Shown: positions 36,228 through 50,664, counted from the first letter of the stretch. The stretch is DNA of 64,000 nucleotides from Callorhinchus milii (GCF_018977255.1 NW_024704743.1:61692001-61756000); one strand, 5' to 3'. The notes: generated by a model from the letters alone, not told the origin. A program made the numbers and translations.

Positions 36228-37800
36228 GCAACAACAAACAACAAGAAGATTACATTTGTAAAGCACCTTTCACGTCAGGAGGACGTCCCAAGGTGCTGGA
36301 CAGTGTACAACATTTCAGACCCGAGCTGGGGTCAGTGGGGGAGAAGAGAGGGGAGGGGAAGGGGGTGACCAATGGCATGGTCGAAGAGGAGGGTTTTGAA
36401 GCGGGATTTGAAGGAGGCTAAGGAGGGGGTGAGGCGGAGTGATTGGGGGATGGAATTCCAGAGGTTGGGGGCAGAGTGGCTGAAGGCTCTCCCGCCAATG
36501 GTGGGGTGGGTGGGTCGGGGGACGTGGAGCAGGCCGGAGCCGGCTGAGTGGAGGGAGTGGGCGGGTTGGTAGGGGGTTAGGAGGTCGCAGAGGTAGAGTG
36601 GGGCGAGGCCATGGAGGGCTTTGTAGGTGAGGACCAGGATCTTGAACTGCATACTCTGAAGGATAGGGAGCTAATGGAGTCGGGCGAGAGTGGGGGAGAT
36701 GAGGTCACGGAGCTTGGTGCGGGAGAGGACACGGGCTGCAGAGTTCGGGATTATCTGCAGCCTGTGGAGGGAGGAGTTGGGAAGGCCGACAAGCAGGGTG
36801 CCTGGAGGTGATGAAGGCATGAACAAGAGTATCAGCGGCTTGAGGGATGAGGTAGTGGCGGAGTCGGGCAATGTTACAGAGGTGAGGGATGGCAGAGCAG
36901 GTCATGGCTTGGATGTGGGGAAGAAAAGACATTTGAGGGTCGAACAAGACACCAGGTTCCTGACTGGCTGGTGAGTTGTAGTGTGCAACCATGGAGGTTG
37001 ATGCTGCCAGAGCCTGAGGTGCAGAGGCGCTGGCGCGAGCCAATCAGGAGGGCCTCAGTCTTGTTCACATTCAACTGTAGGAAATTTGCCCTCATCCAGG
37101 ACTTGATGTCCGACAGACAGTCTGTCAGGACAGCAGTGGTCCTGGAGTTGAGGATGGAGGCAGAAAGGTATCAGAAAGGGTGTCATCCGCATACATATGG
37201 AAGTTCACCCCATGTCTGCGGATGATGTCACCAAGGGGGAGCATGTAAATATTAAAGAGGAGAGGGCCAAGGACAGAGCCCTGGGGGACCCCAGATGTGA
37301 CAGCACGGGGGCTGGAGGAGAAACCGTTAGAGGCAACAAAGTGGAGCTGGTGAGAGAGATAGGAATCGAACCAGGCAAGGGCAGGTCCGCGAAGATTAAG
37401 TAAAGAGAAAAGGCGGTGTATGCGGATGGAGTGGTCGACAGTGTCGAAGGCGGCAGAGCGGTCGAGGAGGACAAGGAGGCAGAGGGAGCCCTGATCACAG
37501 ATGTTCAGAATATCATTAATCACTTTGACCAGGGCTGTTTCCGTGCTGTGGGTAGCGCGGAAGCCAGATTGGAGGGAATGGCAAGAAAGAAAGAAGCAGA
37601 GCTGGGACACGACGGGGGGTGGGTCATGAGGGAGAGGTGATTTGGGGGTGGCTGTGGATGGGGCTGAGGTGGCTAAACGTATTCCCTCAATTTGGGATTC
37701 GAGGAAGTCCAGCATATTCTTCACAGTTGGAGTTTGAGGAGAGGATGGGCAAGGCGTGGGAAGGTGGACAGAGGAAACGGTTTGTGACAGTTTAATTGGT
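36228..37800 (-). mobile_element. L2 LINE, ~1.6 kb, with RT core; frameshifted and internally deleted
   Basis: ORF 37125-37724 reads QSGFRATHSTETALVKV...LLDRSAAFDTVDH...GVPQGSVLGPLLFNIY...FHMYADDT. The frame breaks after YADDT. C-terminal motifs and the tail run to about 36228. Confidence 0.95.
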
Positions 37801-38914
37801 AGTTTGCAGGTCAGGTAATCTTATTCAGTGTTAGCATGCTCGAAGTGGCAAGTCTAATATCTGGGAAAAAAGTTAAATGTTTTCTTTCTTCCTTTCCTTC
37901 TATTTTTCATTATGGATCTCTTTCTCACTTTATCTCTTTATTTCTCACATTTTCTTTCTATTCTCTCTCGCTGCTCTTTCCAACTTATTCAGTAAGAAGA
38001 GACTGTAATTGTTTAGGGCCCAAGATATGATTTCAGGCTGGAAATTGTGGTTTCATTCCAGACTCAGTGATGTGCAGCATCTGTAACAAGTTATATACTT
38101 GCCAGTAATTTAAGATGTTGCTGTGCATTAAGGAGAAATATTTATTTGATTCACTCTGCTCAGCTCTGTGCTTAGGCGAGCCAAGCCAACTGGAACAAGT
38201 CTAATCGTACTCTTCACTTTGATTCCTGAGTGAGAGCACTGATTAAACCTACTTTCTACTTAGCAATAAATTCCTTTATAAATCCAGCAGTTCCCAGCAT
38301 TCCATTCAATGCAAAAGGGTAATAGTGCTCCAGAAGCCATAAGGCTCACGTTACAAAAGGATGTAGATCAAAACATGAATGATTTTTTCGCCATATATTT
38401 ATGTATGCATTTATTGTTTATATGTGCAATACAAAATACAATACAATTTAGATTTATATAGCGCCTTTCACATCGGAAGAACGTCTCAAAGCATTTAACA
38501 CTGCTCTCTGGGCACCAAATTTGGGGTGGGAAGAGGAGAAAGATAACCAAAAGCGTGGTCAAAGTGGTACATCTTAAGGTTCGAAAATGCAGATGCAAAG
38601 CAACATTAATAAACATACAGGGGTAAAAGTATAGGTAACACCTGATGTTGGAATGCTTTGCTTGAAAAGCATAAAACTAATCAATAATGTTAATACTTAA
38701 GTCTCACCTCCTTCTTAGCTGGAACATTTCATCCTTAAGGTTCCTATCCTTTGGACACTTGCTGGGTAAGTGAATTAATATCAATTACTACAAAAGCAAC
38801 CTTTATTTATATAGCATCTGTCATATAATGCACTGAACAAGATAATAGACTTTGTCTTGTATGTTTCTAGCTATTATCCATATAGAGGTATTGAAGCCAC
38901 ATAATGTGGGACAC

Positions 38915-40480
38915 AAGAACATGGCAACAGGAGGTCATTCAGCCCATCAAATGTTTTCTTGCATTTTTTAAAATCATAGTTATTCTTTCAGTTCTCTGCC
39001 TTTATTTCTAAAATATCCATCACCAGTATACTCCTTTACACAGAATGTATGTGCAGCATGGAAACAGGCCACTCGGCCCAACCAGTCCATGCCGGTGTTT
39101 ATACTCCACAGAAGTCTTCACCCACTCCTTACTCCCTCCCAAACCCTTCTGTTCCCCTTTCCCTCATGTGAAGGTATAACTTCCCCTTGAATGGATCTGC
39201 ACTATCTGATTCAACCACCGCTTCAGGCAGTGAGGTCCATAGTCTCACTATTTACTGGTGCAATAGTTCCTCCTCAATACTCTTTTTGATCCCCATAGTC
39301 ACTATCTTATATTCATTTCCCCTCCTCAGCCAGTGGAAAAAACCTTTTAATGCTAACTTTTTCAACCCCTTTTATAACTTTAAACACTTCTATTAGGTAC
39401 CTCCCCGAATGCTCTAGTGGAAAAAGACCTAACCTATTCGATCTATCCTGTGGCAGTAACCTCCCACCCCTGGTATCATCCTCGTAAACCTATGCCATAT
39501 GGTTTCCAGTTGCTGCTATATCATTCTTATAGAATGGAGACCAGAATTGGATATAATACTCCAAATATGGTCTATACAAGGGTTTGTATATATTCAACAT
39601 CACCTCCTCATTTTTATATTCTATCCCTCTGGATATAAAGCCCAAGACCCCATTGACATTTTTATAACCTTATCTAACTTTGAGAAATTTGCAGATCCGA
39701 ATCCCCAGATCTCTTTGCTCCTCTACTCCTCTTAGGTTCCTACCATCTAGACTATAGATGGTTTCTTCATTTTTCCTGCCGAAATTAATTACTTTGCATT
39801 TTCCTACATTAAACTTCATTTGCCATCTAACTGTCCACTCTGTTAGACTGTTTATGTCTTCTTGTATTTTTCTGTATTCCTCTTCACCATTTACCACACC
39901 CCACAGCCCACACCACACCACCACATCTCTTAAACCTGAATCCAAATAATTTATAGATATATATATCCATTGAACAGTAGTGGTCCTATTATGGATCACT
40001 TTGGAACACCACTTCCTACTTCTTGACAGCCTGAGAAGATACCCTTAACTTCTACGCTTTGTTTCAGTTTGCCTTCTTTAAGCTTATCTAATTTATCTAA
40101 TACATCCCTTCTCCTTGTCTTAACCTTTGCAATTTTACACCCTGCCCCTTCTGTTCTTACTAAATTTTCCTTATCAGTTTCCTTTGTGAAAACTGAGGCA
40201 AATTTCTGCAATTTCCTTATTATCTGCTGGGAGCTTATATACCCTTCTCCCTTTACTGGTCCTATCCTGACTAACTATTCTTTTATTGCTAACATACCTC
40301 TGTTGCTTATTTTTATATTTTTTGCTATGTTCTCCTTAGGTTTCCACTTTGCCTTCCAAATTGTCTCTTTCCTAACTTTGCTGTATTCATTCCTATTTTG
40401 CTCTCTGTTATCTATTCTGTACTTTTTTCCTTAGCTGCAGTTTTGCCTTCACCTCCTTATTCCTCCATGATATCCCTTTT
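38915..40480 (-). mobile_element. CR1 LINE fragments (RT C-terminal part and 3' ends)
   Basis: ORF 39670-39999 contains KIQEDINSLTEWTVRWQMKFNVGKCKVINFGRKN...EEQRDLGI. ORF 39996-40211 contains FASVFTKE...VLDKLDKLK and SGVPK. Confidence 0.88.
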
Positions 40481-40849
40481 TTAAAAACATAGAAGGGTAA
40501 AATCTCCATACAGTACTATGCACAACACCTTGGGTGATGTGGGACTAAAATTGAAAATCCCATTCAAGGCAACAAAGACAATATATGTAATGCTGAATGG
40601 AATTTTTACCCTTGAAGGAGGGAAGAACGCACTTGGATTTTTATAGAGCCTGATTACGTCAAAATATCTCGAAGAGCTTTGCATTCATTGATGTCAAATG
40701 TTCTGATTGATTTGGAGGCAAACATGGCACCATATTGCCCAAGGCAAGAACCAAGAAACAGGAGGATAACCAATTTATCTTAGTTGTGACCAGGACACTA
40801 AGAAAAACTCACATGTCTTTTCTCTTACGATGCACCAGAAGGGAGATGG

Positions 40850-41240
40850 AGCATCATTTCCAAACTCTTCTCAACATAGCTATACAGAACTTTACAGCCC
40901 ATGTTCTCTCCGGCACCATACTCTGCAAGTCATCCTCGAGTGTCTCCATTGGCTCTCCATCCCACATTGGATTGAATTTAAGATCCTTGCTCTCACCTTA
41001 AAATCCCGCCACAGTTTTGACCCATCCTATTCTATGACCTCCTTCAACCACACCGACCCAACCACTCCCTATGCACACCGAGCACCAACCTGACCCCATC
41101 CTATCCACCCCACCATCAGATGGGTATATAGCCATTCTCTCCCTGCTCTCTGAAATTTCATCCCGCAATCCCTCAAACTCCCTCCCCCTCTTCTCTTTCA
41201 AGGCCCGCCTCAATATGTAACTATTTGACCGCTAGTTTTC
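40850..41240 (+). mobile_element. L2 3' fragment
   Basis: LECLHWLSIPHWIEFKILALTLK. Confidence 0.75.
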
Positions 41241-42840
41241 AGTCATAATGATAATCCTTGCATTTGAAAAATACATCAGGCTGGCTCATACAAATTCATT
41301 CTGAGTTCCTAGATTTAATCCTGGCATTTGAGACATCTCAAAGAGTTTCACAGAATATCCTGTAAAGTGAATTGACTGTGTATTCTGTGGGCAAAAAGCA
41401 GCAGCCAATTGCACAAGGCAGTGTCCTGTTGACTGAGTGACCATGGGGTTGTGGGAAAACTATGTGATAGTTGTTTATAGTCAAATAATGTTATAATATT
41501 AGTAATATTAGTACAAACATATATACTGCAAATACTGCAAATGTGTCATCTTTCCCTTCCCTCCACATTCCCCTCGGCTCCCACCCAAAACTCAGGTGCT
41601 CATCCAGCACTGTGAAATGTCTTTCTACTATACAAATGTAAATTGTATCTTGTCCTCACATTTTCCAGCATTTCAGTGCAAGTTTGGTGGAATGCTGGCT
41701 TCATTCAACTTTGGAAAATTCAAACCACCTCTAAAGTCAGATTGTATTTAAGAATTTTCGCAAATCCTGTCTGATCTAAATTTTAAGAAAATGTCTTAAG
41801 TTTAAGAACATGAGAGAATTCAGGTCCCACAAGTGTCATGAACTGTGTGGGATAGATGTGTTCTGAAAGCAAAGACAATAAGGATTATTACTTAGTATTG
41901 ATTTGCTCAATCATCCTTAGGACCATTCTATGAGGAGTCCAGACTTAGATTTTACAGTTACTGGTCATAATTATCTTGTTACAATTAATTCATATAGAAC
42001 AGACTGATTCGCTAATTCTGTTTCCCCCATTTCGATGTTTAACAATCTTTCATCTGTCTCAAGTGACTATTATTTTAATTGCATGTTACTTTTTTTTGCA
42101 GTTCATTACTGTGTAGCAAAACCTTTTAACAATAGCTAGCGGTGTCAATTTATTCTCAATTATGCTGATATTGTGGTTGAAGGGGAAATTGAAAAAAAAT
42201 GTTTCTACATTGGAATTTTGAACCCAATTGGTAATTGGCTTAGGGCTTTTTTTTATTAATTAAGAAACCCTTAAGGAATGTCATTGCAACTGGGAGTGGC
42301 AGCAGACTTTAATGGAGCTCTGCCAGACCTTTACATAATTGACGCACATCATCGCACTAATTGCTCCCTAACAATCTTTTTGTACGGATTACATTCAGGA
42401 TCATATGGCCCCACATAGAAAAAAATGATCTGGGCAAAGAGCATTGGGGATGAGAGCTCTGATGCCTTTCTTATAGTAGCACTGCTGATGGTAACCCCAT
42501 TCAGGTGGGAGCTTCTTAACTTGCTTGCGATTCAAGCTTCCCAGGGAACAGACTCATTCTTCAATTGTCTCTAATTGAATCAAAACCAATAAGAGGTCAA
42601 AACTGAGCTGAAATCAGACCAAATGGATTGAGTTGCTTGACAAACCAATAGCCCCATGTTAGTTGCTTTGTAACATCAAATTGATTCTCAAATAAATACA
42701 ATGGAAGAGGGGGGAATCTAAATAGTAGAAACTTCACAGACTGCATAGTTCTTGGAAATATAGAAGATCTTACACAAAGTGAAATTCCAGTCAGGTTTAT
42801 TCAACAAGGCTCCTGCAGCTCAGCAAGTGAAAGCCACTCT

Positions 42841-43180
42841 ACAACAACAACAAAATTGCATTTGTATAGTGCCTTTCACGTCAGAAGAACGTCCCACGCC
42901 GCTGGACAGACAGCGTTACGGATCCGAGCTGGGAGTCGGGGTCAGGAAGGGTGGAGGGCAGGGGTAGAAGCAGGGAGATTGAGAGCACGGTCGAAGATGA
43001 GGGTTTTGAGATGGATCTCGAAGAAGGCAAGGGAGGGGGAGGTGCGGAGAGACTGCGGGATGGAGCTCCAGTGGGTGGGGGCAGAGTGGCGGAAGGCCCG
43101 TCCGCCAATAGTGGGGTGAGCGAGGCGGGGGACATGAAGCAGGCCGGAGCCCACTGAGCGGAGAGAGCGAGCAGGATGGT
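42841..43180 (-). mobile_element. L2 3' end with (GTT)n tail
   Basis: RSLRSVGSGLLHVPR...TIGGRAFRHSAPTHW. Confidence 0.85.
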
Positions 43181-43619
43181 AGTTCACTCTACATGAACAA
43201 GACACCTTTTCGGACAAAACATTACCTGAAATGCAATGTGGGCAATTAATGTATTGGGAGAAAGGGTTTTTGTTATCTAGGCCTTTCAGCCAAATTACTG
43301 AGACATTGACAAAAGTTTGATAATATTTAAAATACTTTTCAAAGGCTAGAATTTTCCTTACTCAATAATATCAAGGACAGGCGAAGTTTGTTTTTAACCA
43401 AGTTCTGACATTTTTTCTCAAAAAAGTTGAACATGCTTTATAACTTGATGGGGGCACAGCAAGAAGCCTCTGCCAAATAATGCCCTTAACAAGAGGCATG
43501 GAGAGTAAGATCCTGAACGACAGCACCAAAACCATAACCAGCAGGAATCAGTTGCTAGATATACACAGCCTATTTGTGATGGTGCAGACTGACTGTCAAG
43601 TGATTTGGTTAAAGAAATT

Positions 43620-43920
43620 TACAGACTGTACATAGAGCAGCATGAAAGCAGGTCATTTGGCCAAAATAGTCCATGCCAGTGTTTATACTCCACATGAGTT
43701 CACCCACTCCTTACTCCCTCTAATATCCTTTTATTTTCCTCTCTCTCATGCTTCTAGTTGCCTCTTAAATGTATCAAAACTACTGTTGCAACCGTCGCTT
43801 CAGATAGTGAACTCTGCAATCTCACTACCCTCGTGTGTGAAGAATTGCCTCCTAAATTCTCTTTCAGATCCATGAGTGACTATCTTATACTCGGGTCCCC
43901 TGCTTACAGCCTCACCAACA
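43620..43920 (-). mobile_element. CR1 3' end
   Basis: Homologous to about 39040-39320 (GTCCATGCCAGTGTTTATACTCCAC...CACCCACTCCTTACTCCCTC). Confidence 0.65.
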
Positions 43921-45267
43921 ATGTTTTACTATAGATTGGTCTTAATGATTGTTAGATATTACTATGACTATTGGGATAATAAAATATAAAGCGTTGGATT
44001 CTCTCTCACCATTTTTTTGCTCTTCACTTCCAATCTCCACTTATGTTTCTCTTTTTATTCCATGTTTCTATTTCTTAATAGACATCTCATTTTTGGTAAG
44101 GGTATAATTTAGGTGATCAAAGTGCCAAAGTGTAGAATGATGAGTTTGGCGAGCACAACCATGATTTAATAGGTTTTATTTTATTTGTGATACTTTTTGT
44201 TTGAGTTATCTCACTGAGAAATTGGGAACACTCAATTTCTGATTATATTCTGGCTGCAGTGTGTATTGATTAACTTCAACCTATCCTGCATTCCATGCAT
44301 GGTGGTGTCAAACTCTATCACCTTCAGATTGTGAAGACTGCATTTCTTTCCTAAAAGGGAAATGGAAAGCATTCAGAATGCAAATAACCTAATGTTGTTG
44401 CAGAGCACTGTGGCAGTTGTACAAGATTGAGTTATTCAGGAATTTGACACTGAAGCTGACTCATTGGCTTTTATTATTTTGCAACCTCCTGTTAACAGGA
44501 TTTCACAATCTGGATCATCAGCTGTTTCCTCAAGTGATTGTTTTTTAATTTCTTATGAAGTTTAGGATGTAATTTGTGTTATTTCTTATTAGAATTTCTT
44601 AATGGAGGAACCACATTCGCACAAACGGAGACTCTTTCTGGGAGATTTCCACTCCAATGCAATGTATTTCCAGAGCGGAATTGCCACCAATTAACGGGAA
44701 TTCTAACGTGAACCTTGTGACCGAAGTACATAATTAAACACCATTGCCTTTTTCTGTTACTTATATGCTCTATAATGACTACCCCTGCCCAGGTTTCCAG
44801 TTCTAATTGAGGGTCATTCTCAAAAGGTTTTTCTTTCTCTCAGATCCTGATCAGCCTTCCTGTGGATTCCCAGCAATTTTATTTTTATTTCAGATGATCA
44901 GTCTTTGTGTTATTCCTTTCTTCCCACAGCTTCACAAGGTGTACTTTTCATCACTTAAGTGGCCACCAGTAAAAGTATCGGAAAAGCAGCATCCGTTCAG
45001 GTGGAAATGAAAGACACTTGAACAGGGGTGACAGCAGGATAACTCTGGAGAAGAGCTAAAGCAGGTAATTCATGTCAAATGACTATTCAATACGCAGCTC
45101 TCAGCAAGTACAGAGAGGAAATCAAAAATATTATGAACACAGAACTATAGCATTCCAGAGCTCACTGGAAACTGACAGCTGGTCTTTAAGAACCCCCGTC
45201 TCCCTGTTTGCATTGTCTGTTTTGCTGATAGTTGCTTATCCTGCACTCCTCTTGTACTATTAAACTA

Positions 45268-46079
45268 TTTTTTTGCTCGGCGGGTGTCTGACACATGTGG
45301 AAATCCATCAACATGCTTATAAATATCCAAACCATACTCAGAATTTAATGCATCCCACCTACATGGAAATCTCATATTTGGAATGGAATTCGCACTCTCC
45401 TTTGGAGGGATGTTTTCTGCTTACTTAATTCCAAAAGTAGTGGCATGGATTGGTAAGAACCACACTTGGGGACTCCAGAGGGTGCGTTGGGGACTGCCAG
45501 AGTCTAACCAGCTAAAACCTTAGAGCTTGCTATTGATATGGCTGTCTGGCAAGCTTTTCTACTCCTTATCCAGCTAGGACCACCCTACTCATGAGAGTTT
45601 TAGCTTGCAGGGTTAACAGGACAGAGTGGGACATTTCCCTGCCCTAGTGACTGGTCTGCCCTTCCACGTCCTGCTGTTTAGCCAGGCTGGCTATTCTGTC
45701 ATCAGCAGAGCCCTGGAATATTGTGGACGCGTCTGACTCAGGAACCGGACTAGAACTACTACAGATGGCTCAATTCCAACATTCCATTGCCAAGCACGTC
45801 GGCTTGGAGCCAGTTCAGCTTCAAGGAGATCCCACTTATCCCCACCCCAAGAAGGATAAACTGAATGTTGTCTGAAAATGATCCTTTCCTGAACTCTGGC
45901 CTATGTCCTCTCTCTCTCTCTCTCTCTCTCTTTTACACCCTTCCTTCTCTTTATTACCATAAATAGATGCGCCTAATACTTTCCGAACTTAGGTAAGCAG
46001 GATGTGTCCCTCCAGAGAGAGAGCGCACATTCCATTCCAACAATCTATCTGTCAGACACACACCTGACCACAAAAAAAA
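45268..46079. mobile_element. Non-autonomous element with long imperfect inverted termini (foldback/MITE-like)
   Basis: 45971-46040 is the reverse complement of about 45378-45445, and 46051-46079 of about 45268-45292. Family members occur at 16.5, 25.8 and 35.4 kb. Confidence 0.55.
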
Positions 46080-47933
46080 CTCTATCACTATTGGTTATTG
46101 ATTTTCTGATATTTCCTCTCTTGTTCCTCCCACACTTCAAATAAAACATTTGTCCATCAGGAAGCTCGCCCAGAGTTCCCTGTAAGTTCCCTGTGAGTCT
46201 GGGGCTTGGTTGCAATTCTCAACAATGAAAATCAGTGTAAAATGCATTCATGAATAATTAAAACTATTTGTCTGAGTTCAGCTAAAGAAACAACTGGCTT
46301 AAAATGTACTGGAATCCTCTTACACTTGATTACATCCATGTGTATTCAACCAGTGACCAATGTATCACCAGTAACACACTGTGAATAACAAGAACACTCT
46401 TTACTATCAGCGCTATTAAATCAGGCAAATTGGCCAAGTAACAGGCATTAGAGACATTGACATATACTGCTTTTAGTTTACAATTCCTCTGCAGAGACAA
46501 GCTTGTATAAGAGGTTTGCCAGGCAGATGTCTCAGTTTGGCTCAATTGGTATTACTCTGACCTCTGGGTCATTAGGTTGTTGGTTTAACTGATCGGGTAT
46601 TTGTAGGGGAAAGCAGCAGCCAATTGGCACAAAACAATATCCCATAAGCAGCCACAAAGTGAATCATCATTTTATCTGAGGGATTGTAGGCTAAGACACC
46701 AGGAGAAACTCATTGTCATCTTTAGATTCAATCTTGTTGTTGTTAGATTCATGAGGGTAAAAATTCCATTATATGAATTTAGCCACAGTAAAAAGGTCTG
46801 TGTAAAAAATGGTGATTTCTTTCATGGTTGTTTGTGAGACATTGCTGCACATAGATTATCTGCCATTTTTGCCTACAAATACACAGTCACTTTACAGCAG
46901 TTACAGATGAAGCACCTTTAAATGTTTAGGCACTATATCAAATGCAAGTCCTTCAGAAAAATGATAATTCATTTCATGGCTGTTTGTGAAATATTGTTCT
47001 GCATTTTTGTGCTGCCATCAAATCATTGAGTTACTACACATTACAAAATATCCTGTGAAGTGCTTTCAGATCTGCTGACATGAAGCGCACTGTATCAAAT
47101 GCAAGAATTATTATTATTATTATAGTACAGCTCCATTGTACCACACTTCAGAACAGTACAAATAGATTTATAACATGGTTACACTTTAGACTACATTTCC
47201 TGCGCATGTGCACAGGTAACCTGCTCACTCCCCATGCACCAGCTGGCTTTTCATGCTAAAATGACCAACTTCTAGCACATTGGGTTGCCATCAACATTAC
47301 TTGCTGCTTTGCTGCTCATGTGCAGGAAAGAGAAAGTGAAGTTGGCAGTGACACCATGATCCAGAAGCCAGACACTTCTTTTTGGCGTTGTGGGAACTGG
47401 CTGATTCGCAGGTAACATGCTGGCCATTTTGTTTGCTGCCCAAATAACAATAGCAGAGTGATTAAAAAAAAAGCCAAGAACAAAGAGGGCTAACTAAGAT
47501 CTGTTCAAAAACTCAAATAGTTACAAACTGTTCCAATCTGTTCACATCATGTAATTGATCTTTGTTGAAGCCAATATGTTCTGATTGTATTATTGGCCAG
47601 AAGTGATTTGTAGGAGCTGCTGAGCCTGTCATTACAAATCAACATCATCAGAAGAGAACAGCATAAGACTGAACATTAATAAAAAAATACTCAACTCATC
47701 AAGCCTGCCACTACCTGAAACCAAGAAAACCTCAACCTATCAATGAGCAGCCCCCTGATTCGATCTCCTGTGAGAAAGTTCTTTACATTTGCCAGGGTCA
47801 AAATGTTATTCCTAAACATGTTCCATTACTGAATAAAGAGAATGTGTTTAGAAATACCATAATCTTCACCCCGTGCTGTAATTGATTTTCTGTAACTGCA
47901 CTACTCATACCTATCTTCCTTCCCTCTAAAGAT

Positions 47934-48251
47934 GATAATAATAATAATAATAATCCTTGCATTTGATATAGCGCAGTTTAGATGTCTTCTAGACGTCTCA
48001 AAGCGCTTCACAGAATAGACTGTAAAGTGAATTGATTGTATATTTGTGGGCAAAATGCGGCAGCCAATTGCGCACAGCAGTGTCCCACAAACAGTCGTGG
48101 ATTGAAATGACCAATTCATTATTGGGTTTTTTTGAGGGATTATTATCAGGCGTGTGGAGTAAGGAAACTTGCCCAAGGTTCCCTGCTGGGAATCGAACCC
48201 AGGTCTCTCGCTTGCAAAGCGAGTGCTCTAACCACTGAACTACAGGACTCC
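47934..48251 (-). mobile_element. Full-length tRNA-derived SINE
   Basis: Head GGAGTCCTGTAGTTCAGTGGTTAGAGC, B box GGTTCGATTCC, (ATT)n tail. A CR1 3' remnant lies next to it at about 48255-48445. Confidence 0.92.
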
Positions 48252-49689
48252 ACAATGATACTCTCCTTACTCCAGCACCACAGAAAGCATTGAGTCCTGT
48301 TTGTTTATCGTAGTTTGAACTGATCCCTACAGTATCCAATATTGTACTCTTGTACTCAAGCAGATACTCATCCAGCTCTTTCTTAAAGGAGTTAATCAAC
48401 CCAGCATCAATTGCTCTGGCTGGGAGTCTGTCCCACACATCCACTCAGAGAGAGCAAGAGAGAGAATTATTGACACAAAGTGCTTCCAACTGTGTGTGTT
48501 AATTCAGCTCCTTCGTACAACCCTGGCTGTTTTCCAAACCACTATTCCTGATGGCAGCAGTACTTTGCGCTCCTCAAAGTCAATCTTTACAGTTTTGAAG
48601 ACCTTTGAGACATTCTCTCACATGAAAGTGTTATAGATACAAGTTGTTGCTACTGCTTCATCACAATAATACACATAAGAAACCAGCAGAATCAATGAGA
48701 AAAGCAAGAGGAGAATATTAATAATAATTGGGAGAATGGAAAAACACATTGTGATGTAAAGTCCAGGTTTCTAATAGGATACAATAATAACTGTAAATTG
48801 AGGGTCGTTCCAGTAACTGGAAAGGTATCCTAATGACAAGCGGGAACTCTGCTTTGGAAGCAGATCGGCTCAGAGCAAACTTTCCAATATGCCTATTTCC
48901 AGTTAACAGAAGAAGCCCCAATTTGCAATAAGTTGTTTCTAAGGAATCCTGTTTGAAATTGACGCATTTTACATTCCACTGTGCTTTCAATTCTAGAAAT
49001 ATTGTCAAACTCAAGCCACACCGATGAAATGAAAGTTCCTCTTTGATGGTTAAAATTTTTAGTAATCTTACAAAGAATTACCTACAACATTACAGCACAG
49101 TACCAGCCTTTCAGCCCAACTAGTCAATGCCAGTTCTTGTACTTCACACAAGCCTCTATTCTTCCTAAACCCCTCTCCTGTACCCCTCTATTCCCTTTGC
49201 ACTCATGCAAAGTGCCTTGGGACGTCCTCCTGACGTGAAAGGCGCTATACAAATGTAATCTTGTTGTTGTTGTTGTATCAAGTTTTGTTTTAAATATGTT
49301 GATGCTTTTTGCTTCGACCACAGCTCTTAGCAGTGTGTTCCACATTCTCACACCCCTCTGCTAAAAGACGGTCTTCCCTTTACATCTTATATTGATGCCT
49401 TTTAGTTCTGGAATGCAGCAGAGACACTGATCTTGATTGTAACATTTCACTTGATAATCTTTTCATTTAATGTGGTGCCTTTCACTTCAGGAGGAAGTCT
49501 CAAAGCACTTTATAGGAATTATTGACTAAGTACTTTGTAGGTGAACTTCCTAACAGCTTTAATTTCTTGATCAGATCATATCTGACCACTTTGAGCAGAT
49601 AGTCACTGATCCAGCCCAAACGTTCCTGCTCTGATGAAAGATTATAATAATACTCCTTACCTTTGCCATAGAGCCTTTCAAGTAGTGAG

Positions 49690-50455
49690 GACGTCTGCCA
49701 ACGCTTCATAGGATATACCATAATGTGGAATGGCTGTGTGTTTTATGGACATACACGGAGCTAAAGTGCACATGGCAATGTCCCACAAACAACTAAGTGA
49801 ATTACCAATTTTATTTATTTTGTCCAGGACCTCAGAAGAAAATCCCTTCTCTTTTTGCATAGTGCCATGGTATCTTTAACATCCACCTGAATAGGCAGAC
49901 GGGACCTCAGATTAACGTTTCATCTGAAGGACTGCACCTCCAACAATGCCACACACCCGCAGGACTGCAATGGAATATCAGGAATCCCGTAGCTCAGTGG
50001 TTAGGGCACTCACCTCGCAAGTGAAAGACCTGGTTCGATTCCCAGTAGGGTGAAATGTTGGGCAAGTTTCCTTACTCCACACTCCTCTGTTTGCCTAGCA
50101 GTAAGTAAGAACCCGGTTGTTAGTCGATTGTCGGATTGCTTTTCTGGGGATAATAATTCCTTAAAAATAATAATAAATTGGTCACTCAATCCATAACTTT
50201 TTGTGGGACCCTCTGTGTGCAATTGGCTGCCGTGTTTTGCCAACAAAATATACAGTCAATTCACTTTACATATATTCCATGAAGTGCTTTGAGATGCCTC
50301 GAAGACATGATAAAGTGCTATATCGAATGCAAGGATTATTATTATTATATTATTCTTATCAGCCCAGACTATATGAGTTCCAGATCCCTGCATAGGGAAT
50401 GAATTCACAAACTTCTAAATCATAGGCGAGAGTGCTACCAACTGAGCCAGACTGA
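49690..50455 (-). mobile_element. Deu-domain SINE split by a younger SINE
   Basis: Deu core at 49860-49980. The head GGCGAGAGTGCTACCAACTGAGCCA lies at about 50425-50450. Confidence 0.7.
49982..50356 (+). mobile_element. Full-length tRNA-derived SINE, long variant, with TSD
   Basis: GTAGCTCAGTGGTTAGGGC (A box), GGTTCGATTCC (B box). TSD TATCAG at 49976-49981 and 50357-50362. Confidence 0.9.
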
Positions 50456-50664
50456 CACACACCCAAAACACCCAAATCATTAACCTTGTACTTTTTGGAT
50501 GCATTTCCAGTGTTTTCTATTTTTATTTGAGAATTTAAAAATTCACAGTTTTTCTTCTTGTCTCAGGGATAAAATTGTGCTTGAAGAATGAAACAGTCCA
50601 ACCTTTCACATCAGGCCAAGACAGTGGAGAGTGTCATAAGAAACCATCTCCAGTTACAATGACA

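Noticed and set aside
37125..37724. 199-aa reverse transcriptase ORF as an active gene
   Set aside because: Part of a truncated, frameshifted, internally deleted L2 copy.
49500..49721. 73-aa minus ORF (…KEYYYNLSSEQERLGWISDYLLK…)
   Set aside because: Begins in a SINE tail, with no recognisable homology or convincing splice signals.
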